Below are positions 25,340 to 32,000 of a stretch of 32,000 nt of DNA, piece by piece. Source of the stretch: Mycolicibacterium smegmatis (GTDB taxonomy: Bacteria; Actinomycetota; Actinomycetes; Mycobacteriales; Mycobacteriaceae); assembly GCF_001457595.1 (NCBI RefSeq), contig NZ_LN831039.1, positions 1,710,001 to 1,742,000 of the forward strand, read 5' to 3'. Each line of letters begins with the position of its first letter. The first letter of the stretch is position 1. A program made the position numbers and the translations under genes. The notes under the pieces are model-generated. The model was not told where the DNA came from. It saw nothing but the letters and a program-made list of their open reading frames with translations, and searched no databases.

Positions 25340-25773
25340 GCAGGCCGGCCCGCGGCGACGCCGCGAACTGCTCGCCTGGGACGGCGAACTGGTGATCGAG
25401 GACGACTACGACGCCGAATACCGCTACGACCGGGCACCCGTTCCGGCGCTGCATCCCTCGGCGCCCGAGCGCATCGCCTACGCGGGCAGCACCTCCAAGA
25501 CCCTGGCCCCGGCGTTGCGGCTGGGCTGGCTGGTCGCACCGCGGCCACATCCGGCTGGTCCGCGCCCGGCACCGCGCCAGGCGGGACGCGCTGCCCGCCG
25601 ACGTCGATGACGTGGCCCTGGCTGATGAACTGCGCCGCGCCGGTGTGTTGGTGCACCCATTGTCGTGGCATCGGCGGACACCCGGACCGCCCGGTCTGGT
25701 TCTCGGATATGCGTCGCATTCGCCGGACCGGTTACGCGAGGCGGGGTCGATCATCGCGCGGATCGCCGAGTGA
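25340..25773 (+). pseudogene. Decayed MocR/PdxR-type PLP aminotransferase-like domain
   Basis: RRRELLAWDGELVIEDDYDAEYRYDRAPVPALHPSAPERIAYAGSTSKTLAPALRLGWLVAP in one frame (25188 ORF frame), then VDDVALADELRRAGVLVHPLSWHRRTPGPPGLVLGYASHSPDRLREAGSIIARIAE* in another frame ending at TGA 25771-25773; no N-terminal GntR HTH and an internal segment missing. Confidence 0.75.
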
Positions 25774-25853
25774 CGGCCACCAAATCCTGACCCCGGCGAA
25801 CGAACGCACGTAACCTGTTTGACGCGCGGACACGTCGAGCAGGATGGGAGCTG

Positions 25854-27266
25854 ATGCGGCACTACTACTCCGCCGACGCGATCCGTGAAGCCGAGGCGCC
25901 TCTGTTGGCAGCGCTGCCTGACGGAGCTCTGATGCGCCGCGCGGCCTACGGTCTGGCGACGGCGATCCTGCGGGAACTGTCCGCGCGCACGGGCGGGGTG
26001 GCCGGTCGCCGGGTGTGCGCCGTCGTGGGCTCGGGCGACAACGGGGGCGACGCGCTGTGGGCCGCGACGTTCCTGCGCCGCCGCGGCGCGGCCGCCGACG
26101 CGGTTCTGCTGAACCCCGAACGCACGCACGTCGCCGCGCTCACGGCGTTCCGCCGCGCGGGCGGGCAGATCGTGCAAACGGTCGACCCGGCAACCGATCT
26201 GGTGATCGACGGCGTGGTCGGCATCTCCGGGCGCGGACCGCTGCGGCCCAATGCGGCCGAGGTCTTCGCGAGCACCGACGCGCCCGTCGTCGCCGTCGAC
26301 ATCCCCAGCGGCATCGACGTGCACACCGGCGCCACCGACGGCCCGCACGTGCGCGCCGCGCTCACCGTTACCTTCGGCGCGCTCAAGCCCGTGCACGCGC
26401 TGGGTGAATGCGGGCGCGTCGAGTTGATCGACATCGGACTCGACCTGGCGCCCACCGATCTGGCGTCGTTCGAGGCCGCCGACGTGCGGGCGCTGTGGCC
26501 GGTGCCCGGCCGGCGCGACGACAAGTACACACAGGGCGTCACGGGCGTGCTGTCCGGTTCGGCGACCTACCCGGGCGCCGCGGTGCTCAGCACCGGCGCG
26601 GCCGTCGCGGCGACGTCGGGCATGGTGCGCTACGCGGGCAGTGCCGCGCAGCAGGTGCTCGCGCACTGGCCCGAGGTGATCGCCTCGTCCACCCCGCAGG
26701 AGGCGGGTCGCGTGCAGGCCTGGGTGGTCGGCCCCGGCCTGGGCACCGACGACACCGCGAAGGCCGCACTGCGGTTCGCGCTGCAGACCGATCTGCCCGT
26801 GATCGTCGACGCCGACGCGCTCACGATGCTGGCCGCCGATCCCGCACCGGTGACCGGGCGCAGCGCGCCGACGGTACTCACCCCGCACGCGGGCGAGTTC
26901 GCCCGCCTGGCCGGCGCACCGCCGGGCACCGACCGCGTCGCCGCGGCCCGCGAACTCGCCGAGCGCCTGGGCGTGACGCTGCTGCTCAAAGGCAATGTCA
27001 CGGTGATCGCCACCCCCGGCGCCACGACGTACCTGAACCCCGCCGGGCAGTCCTGGGCCGCGACCGCAGGTTCCGGGGACGTGCTGTCGGGCATCATCGG
27101 CGCGCTGCTGGCGTCCGGCCTGCCGCCGGGAGAGGCCGCCGCGGCCGCGGCATTCGTGCACGCGCGCGCGGCCAACCTGTCCGCGGCCGACGCCGGGCCG
27201 CGCCCGGTACCGACATCGGCTTCACGCATACTCGGACAAGTTCGGGCCGCGATCGCGGCCCTGTGA
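25854..27266 (+). CDS. nnrE/nnrD: Bifunctional NAD(P)H-hydrate epimerase / ADP-dependent NAD(P)H-hydrate dehydratase
   Basis: MRHYYSADAIREAEAPLLAALPDGALMRRAAYGLA...GSGDNGGDALWAA (YjeF N); PTVLTPHAGEFARLAG...LLLKGNVTVIATP...AATAGSGDVLSGIIGALLA (carbohydrate-kinase-like). Confidence 0.94.
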   Translation: MRHYYSADAIREAEAPLLAALPDGALMRRAAYGLATAILRELSARTGGVAGRRVCAVVGSGDNGGDALWAATFLRRRGAAADAVLLNPERTHVAALTAFRRAGGQIVQTVDPATDLVIDGVVGISGRGPLRPNAAEVFASTDAPVVAVDIPSGIDVHTGATDGPHVRAALTVTFGALKPVHALGECGRVELIDIGLDLAPTDLASFEAADVRALWPVPGRRDDKYTQGVTGVLSGSATYPGAAVLSTGAAVAATSGMVRYAGSAAQQVLAHWPEVIASSTPQEAGRVQAWVVGPGLGTDDTAKAALRFALQTDLPVIVDADALTMLAADPAPVTGRSAPTVLTPHAGEFARLAGAPPGTDRVAAARELAERLGVTLLLKGNVTVIATPGATTYLNPAGQSWAATAGSGDVLSGIIGALLASGLPPGEAAAAAAFVHARAANLSAADAGPRPVPTSASRILGQVRAAIAAL

Positions 27267-27286
27267 GCACCTCGAAAGGAAACTTC

Positions 27287-28666
27287 ATGTCGCACAAGCA
27301 GAGTCGCGGTCCGCACGTCGCGCCGGCGTACACCGGACGGTTGGCCATGGCGCCCGTGCCGTCGCTGCGCCTGCCCGACGAGGCCATGGACCCGTCCGCG
27401 GCATACCGGTTCATCCACGACGAGTTGATGCTCGACGGCAGCTCGCGGCTGAACCTCGCGACGTTCGTGACGACGTGGATGGACCCCGAGGCCGAGAAGC
27501 TCATGGCCGAGACGTTCGACAAGAACATGATCGACAAGGACGAGTACCCGGCCACCGCGGCCATCGAGGCCCGCTGCGTGTCGATGGTGGCCGACCTGTT
27601 CCACGCCGAGGATCTGCGCGACGACGACCCGGCGAGCGCCGTCGGGGTGTCGACGATCGGGTCCAGCGAGGCCGTGATGCTGGCCGGGCTGGCGATGAAA
27701 TGGCGCTGGCGCGCCAAGGCCGGCGACTGGAAGGGACGCACGCCGAACCTGGTGATGGGCGCCAACGTCCAGGTGGTGTGGGAGAAGTTCTGCCGCTACT
27801 TCGACGTCGAACCCCGCTACCTGCCGATGGCCGAGGGCCGCTACGTCATCACGCCCGAGCAGGTTCTCGACGCCGTCGACGAGGACACCATCGGCGTCGT
27901 GGCGATCCTGGGCACCACCTACACCGGCGAGCTGGAACCGGTCGCCGAGATCTGCGAGGCGCTGGACAAGCTCGCCGCGGGCGGCGGGGTGGACGTGCCG
28001 GTGCACGTCGACGCGGCCAGCGGCGGGTTCGTCGTGCCGTTCATCCATCCCGACCTGGTGTGGGACTTCCGGCTGCCCCGCGTGGTGTCGATCAACGTCA
28101 GCGGCCACAAGTACGGCCTGACGTACCCGGGTGTCGGGTTCGTGGTGTGGCGCAACAAAGAGCACCTGCCTGAGGAGCTGGTGTTCCGGGTCAACTACCT
28201 CGGCGGCGACATGCCGACGTTCACGCTGAACTTCTCGCGGCCCGGCAACCAGGTGGTGGGGCAGTACTACAACTTCCTGCGGCTGGGGCGCGCCGGGTAC
28301 ACCCAGGTGATGCAGTGCCTGTCGCAGACCGCCCGGTGGCTGGGCGACGAGCTGCGCGACAGCGAGCATTTCGAGCTGATCTCCGACGGTTCGGCCATCC
28401 CGGTCGTGGCGTTCCGTCTCAAGGGCGATCCGGGTTACACCGAGTTCGACATCTCGCAGGCACTGCGGGCGCACGGCTGGCAGGTGCCCGCGTACACCAT
28501 GCCCGAGGGCGCCGAAGACGTCGTGGTGCTGCGTGTGGTGGTCCGTGAGGGGTTCTCCGCCGACCTCGCGCGGGCGCTCAAGGACGACATCATCACGGTG
28601 CTGGGCCAGCTCGACGCGCTCAAACCGCGCGGGCAGTTCGACCAGCTCCAGCCTTTCGCGCATTAG
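27287..28666 (+). CDS. gadB: Glutamate decarboxylase
   Basis: 459 aa; [99 protein letters not shown] (PLP Lys). Confidence 0.96.
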   Translation: MSHKQSRGPHVAPAYTGRLAMAPVPSLRLPDEAMDPSAAYRFIHDELMLDGSSRLNLATFVTTWMDPEAEKLMAETFDKNMIDKDEYPATAAIEARCVSMVADLFHAEDLRDDDPASAVGVSTIGSSEAVMLAGLAMKWRWRAKAGDWKGRTPNLVMGANVQVVWEKFCRYFDVEPRYLPMAEGRYVITPEQVLDAVDEDTIGVVAILGTTYTGELEPVAEICEALDKLAAGGGVDVPVHVDAASGGFVVPFIHPDLVWDFRLPRVVSINVSGHKYGLTYPGVGFVVWRNKEHLPEELVFRVNYLGGDMPTFTLNFSRPGNQVVGQYYNFLRLGRAGYTQVMQCLSQTARWLGDELRDSEHFELISDGSAIPVVAFRLKGDPGYTEFDISQALRAHGWQVPAYTMPEGAEDVVVLRVVVREGFSADLARALKDDIITVLGQLDALKPRGQFDQLQPFAH

Positions 28667-28715
28667 CCCAGCACTGGGCGGTCTGCGGCCTCTGGGACAA
28701 TGGGCGCCGGAGATT

Positions 28716-29891
28716 ATGACGATGCAGACCACCGAGCCCATGACACCGCCTGCGCCACTGGCGTCGGCGCAGGCCGTGATCGATCTGGGCGCCATCGACC
28801 ACAACGTGCGCGTGCTGCGCGAACTCGCCGGTTCCGCGGACGTGATGGCGGTGGTCAAGGCCGACGCCTACGGACACGGGGCGCTCCCGGTGGCCCGCAC
28901 CGCGCTGGCCGCCGGGGCCGCCGCTCTCGGCGTCGCGACCATCCCCGAGGCGCTCGCGCTGCGTGAGGGCGGCATCACGGCGCCGGTCCTGGCGTGGCTG
29001 CATACGCCCGGCACCGACTTCGCCCCGGCGATCGCCGCCGACATCGAGGTCGCCGTGTCGTCACGCCGCCAACTCGAACAGGTGACGGCGGCCGCGGCCG
29101 AGGTCGGCCGCACCGCGACGGTGACCGTCAAGGTCGATACCGGGCTCAGCCGCAACGGCGTCAGGGCTGCCGACTATCCCGAGGTGCTCGACGTCCTGCG
29201 CCGCGCGCAGGCCGACGGCGTAATCCGGGTGCGCGGTCTGATGAGCCACCTGGTGCACGGCGACGAACCGGACAACCCGTTCAACGGTCTGCAAGGACAG
29301 CGACTGTCCGACCTGCGTGCCCATGCGCGCGAGCACGGCGTCGACTACGAGGTGGCGCACCTGTGCAACTCGCCTGCGGCCATGACCAGGCCCGACCTGG
29401 CGTTCGAGATGGTGCGCCCCGGCATCGCGCTGTACGGGCTCAGCCCCATCCCCGAGCGCGGCGACATGGGCCTGCGGCCCGCGATGACCTTGAAATGCCC
29501 AGTCGCGCTTGTTCGCTCCGTGCACGCCGGGGATGGGGTGTCGTACGGGCACCGGTGGGTCGCCGACCGCGACACCACGCTGGCGCTGCTGCCCATCGGT
29601 TACGCCGACGGTGTGTACCGCGCACTGAGCGGACGCATCGACGTTCTGATCAGGGGCAGGCGCAGGCGCGCCGTCGGCCGGATCTGCATGGACCAGTTCG
29701 TGGTCGACCTCGGGCCCGATGCAAACGACGTGGCCGTGGGCGACGAGGCCATCCTGTTCGGTCCGGGCACCCGCGGTGAACCGACCGCGCAGGACTGGGC
29801 CGAACTGCTCGACACCATCCACTACGAGGTCGTCACGAGCCCGCGCGGACGCGTCACCCGTACGTACCTTCCGGCAGGACAACAAGATTGA
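28716..29891 (+). CDS. alr: Alanine racemase
   Basis: [44 protein letters not shown] (PLP Lys motif), [46 protein letters not shown]; start among ATG 28716/28722/28740. Confidence 0.95.
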   Translation: MTMQTTEPMTPPAPLASAQAVIDLGAIDHNVRVLRELAGSADVMAVVKADAYGHGALPVARTALAAGAAALGVATIPEALALREGGITAPVLAWLHTPGTDFAPAIAADIEVAVSSRRQLEQVTAAAAEVGRTATVTVKVDTGLSRNGVRAADYPEVLDVLRRAQADGVIRVRGLMSHLVHGDEPDNPFNGLQGQRLSDLRAHAREHGVDYEVAHLCNSPAAMTRPDLAFEMVRPGIALYGLSPIPERGDMGLRPAMTLKCPVALVRSVHAGDGVSYGHRWVADRDTTLALLPIGYADGVYRALSGRIDVLIRGRRRRAVGRICMDQFVVDLGPDANDVAVGDEAILFGPGTRGEPTAQDWAELLDTIHYEVVTSPRGRVTRTYLPAGQQD

Positions 29892-30973
29892 GCAGCGTGC
29901 GATGGCTTGCCGGCGTGGCCGGGCTGGCCGCTGTCGGCACCGTGGCAGGTGTGTCGATCGCGCGCTCGCTCACCTTGCGGGTGAGCAAGGAAGACCCCTA
30001 CGCCGGTGAGGATTTCGAGCTGCTCGACGCCGATCGCAGCTCGGTGATCACCACCGACGACGGCGTGCCGCTCGCGGTGCGCGAGGTGGGCCCGAAGGAC
30101 GCCAAGTTGACCGTGGTGTTCGCGCACGGATTCTGCCTGCGCATGAGCGCCTTTCATTTCCAGCGGGCCCGCCTGGCCGAGCAGTGGGGCGATCAGGTGC
30201 GCATGGTGTTCTACGACCAGCGCGGTCACGGCCGCTCCGGGGAGGCACCGCCCGACACCTACACCGTCGAACAACTCGGGCGGGACCTGGAATCCGTTCT
30301 GGCCGTGACGGCCCCGCGCGGACCGGTGGTGCTGGTGGGCCATTCGATGGGCGGTATGACGGTGCTGTCGCACGCCCGGCAGTTCCCGCAGCGCTACCCG
30401 GCGCGCATCGTCGGCGCTGCGCTCATCTCGTCGGCGGCCGAGGGCGTCGACCGCTCCCCACTGGGCGAGATCCTGCGCAACCCGGCGCTGGAGGCCGTGC
30501 GGTTCTCTGCGCGTTATGCGCCGAAACTCGTGCACCGCACACGTGGTGCGGCGCGCTCGCTGATCGCGCCGATCCTGCAGGCGGGGTCGTTCGGCGACGA
30601 ACAGGTGAGCCCGAGTGTCGCGGCGTTCGCCGCGGACATGATGCACGGCACGCCGATCCCGACGCTCGTGGAGTTCCTGCACGCGCTCGAGGTGCACGAC
30701 GAGACCGCGGCGCTCGACGTGCTGGCCGGGGTGCCGACGTTGATCGCGTGCGGTGACCGTGACCTGCTCACCCCGGTGGAATACTCCAGGGAAATGGCCG
30801 AGCGGTTGCCGAAATCCGAACTGGTGGTCGTCGGGGGAGCGGGACACCTGGTGCAGCTTGAGGAGCCTGAAGTGATCAACGACGCGCTGATACGTCTGGT
30901 CGAGCGCGCGACCCCGTCGAAACTCGTCGCGCTGGCGCGCCGGGTGCGCAACCGGGTACGGCCCCATGGGTGA
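29888..30973 (+). CDS. Alpha/beta hydrolase, membrane/secretion-type N-terminus
   Basis: [60 protein letters not shown] (GHSMG), [13 protein letters not shown]; starts TTG 29888 or GTG 29897 overlapping the alr stop. Confidence 0.9.
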   Translation: MSSVRWLAGVAGLAAVGTVAGVSIARSLTLRVSKEDPYAGEDFELLDADRSSVITTDDGVPLAVREVGPKDAKLTVVFAHGFCLRMSAFHFQRARLAEQWGDQVRMVFYDQRGHGRSGEAPPDTYTVEQLGRDLESVLAVTAPRGPVVLVGHSMGGMTVLSHARQFPQRYPARIVGAALISSAAEGVDRSPLGEILRNPALEAVRFSARYAPKLVHRTRGAARSLIAPILQAGSFGDEQVSPSVAAFAADMMHGTPIPTLVEFLHALEVHDETAALDVLAGVPTLIACGDRDLLTPVEYSREMAERLPKSELVVVGGAGHLVQLEEPEVINDALIRLVERATPSKLVALARRVRNRVRPHG

Positions 30974-31433
30974 GCGGGTGGACGGGACAGCGCGGCCGGC
31001 CACCGCGGAGGACACCATCGCGCTGGGCGCGCAGTTGGGTGCCCACCTGAAAGCCGGTGACGTGGTGGTGCTGTCCGGACCGCTCGGAGCGGGAAAGACC
31101 GTGCTGGCCAAGGGAATCGCACAAGCAATGGATGTCGAGGGCCCGGTGGTGTCACCGACGTTCGTACTGGCGCGCGTGCACCGGGCCCGCCAGGCGGACC
31201 GGCCCGCCATGGTGCACGTCGACATGTACCGGCTGCTCGACGAGCCCGGCGCCGATCTGCTCGGTGAACTCGACGCGCTGGACCTCGACACCGACCTCGA
31301 GGACGCCGTCGTGGTGGTCGAGTGGGGCGAAGGCCTGGCCGAACGCCTGTCCGACAGCCACCTCGACATCCACATCGACCGCGGATCCGACACCGAGACC
31401 CGCACTGTGACCTGGCATTGGAGCCGGACGTGA
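30966..31433 (+). CDS. tsaE: tRNA (N6-threonylcarbamoyladenosine37) biosynthesis ATPase
   Basis: LSGPLGAGKTVLAKGIAQAM Walker A, VSPTFVLARVH...MVHVDMYRLLD, VVVVEWGEGLAERL. Confidence 0.94.
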   Translation: MGERVDGTARPATAEDTIALGAQLGAHLKAGDVVVLSGPLGAGKTVLAKGIAQAMDVEGPVVSPTFVLARVHRARQADRPAMVHVDMYRLLDEPGADLLGELDALDLDTDLEDAVVVVEWGEGLAERLSDSHLDIHIDRGSDTETRTVTWHWSRT

Positions 31434-32000
31434 CGCGCACCGTCCTGACCATCGACACCGCGACCCCCGCCGTGAGCGCAGGCGTGGTGCGTCTGAGCGA
31501 CGGCGAGGCGCCCGCGACGCTCGCCGAACGCGTGACCATCGACGCGCGGGCACACGCCGAGCAGTTGACGCCCAACATCGTCGCCGCGCTGGGTGACGCC
31601 GGGATCACCGCGGGCGATCTCGACGCCGTTGTCGTGGGATGCGGGCCCGGCCCGTTCACCGGCCTGCGCGTCGGTATGGCCAGCGCCGCGGCGTTCGCGC
31701 ATGCCATCGGGGTCCCGGTGCACGGTGTGTGCAGCCTCGACGCGATCGGCGGAGACACCCGCGGCGACGTCCTCGTCGTCACCGACGCGCGCCGCCGCGA
31801 GGTGTACTGGGCGCGGTATCACGACGGCGCGCGCGTGGCGGGCCCGTCGGTGAACGCGCCCGCCGATGTACCCGCGCTGCTGGACGCGCCCGTCGCCGCG
31901 GTCGCCGGATCACCTGCCCACACCGCGTTGTTCGACCTGCCGGTACTGGAGCAGGTGTACCCGACGCCGGCCGGGCTGGTCGCTGCGGTCGCCGACTGGG
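31430..32000 (+). CDS. tsaB: tRNA (N6-threonylcarbamoyladenosine37) biosynthesis protein TsaB, partial (runs off the window)
   Basis: GTG start overlapping the tsaE stop; VLTIDTATPAVSAGVV...HAEQLTPNIVAAL...VVVGCGPGPFTGLRVGMASAAAFAHAIGVPVHGV. Confidence 0.93.
   Translation, partial: MTRTVLTIDTATPAVSAGVVRLSDGEAPATLAERVTIDARAHAEQLTPNIVAALGDAGITAGDLDAVVVGCGPGPFTGLRVGMASAAAFAHAIGVPVHGVCSLDAIGGDTRGDVLVVTDARRREVYWARYHDGARVAGPSVNAPADVPALLDAPVAAVAGSPAHTALFDLPVLEQVYPTPAGLVAAVADW

Noticed and set aside
22231-25719. Long minus-strand ORFs (584 and 570 aa) opposite glmS, the hydrolase and the MocR remnant
   Set aside because: No domain-like content; explained by GC-rich third-position bias of genuine plus-strand genes.
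26408-27286. N-terminal extension of the gadB ORF track (26408 start)
   Set aside because: Arg-rich out-of-frame translation of nnrE/nnrD; the real GadB begins at ATG 27287 after an AAAGGA-type SD.

Overview
High-GC actinobacterial chromosome, most likely a fast-growing Mycobacterium/Mycolicibacterium close to M. smegmatis (inferred from gene content and order; no database search was run). The left third (about 1-9.9 kb) is a dense catabolic block for two adenosylcobalamin-dependent enzymes. It holds the end of a GlcG/HbpS-like (DUF336) gene, a divergent FhuF-like Fe-S protein, a diol/glycerol dehydratase cassette in the order small-large-medium subunit plus both reactivase subunits, then an ethanolamine permease and EutB-EutC. 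No microcompartment shell gene is visible. Next come a lone AbiEi/DUF559-like gene flanked by two near-identical palindromic repeats, the rplM-rpsI operon with a clear terminator, a small secreted protein, and glmM with a two-gene ESX/EspC-like unit. These are followed by a LysR regulator, an SDR, a carotenoid oxygenase divergent from a TetR gene across a perfect palindrome, an F420-type luciferase-like oxidoreductase, and an alpha/beta-hydrolase-fold protein. The right end has glmS, another alpha/beta hydrolase, a decayed MocR-type aminotransferase-domain pseudogene, nnrE/nnrD fusion, gadB, alr, an alpha/beta hydrolase, tsaE and partial tsaB. The right half is mostly conserved housekeeping. 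The points most worth a second look are the shell-less B12 enzyme cluster with no visible EutA, the structured 5' leader of the permease/eutBC operon, and the palindrome-flanked nuclease-like gene. I did not find convincing evidence of a wholly new system.
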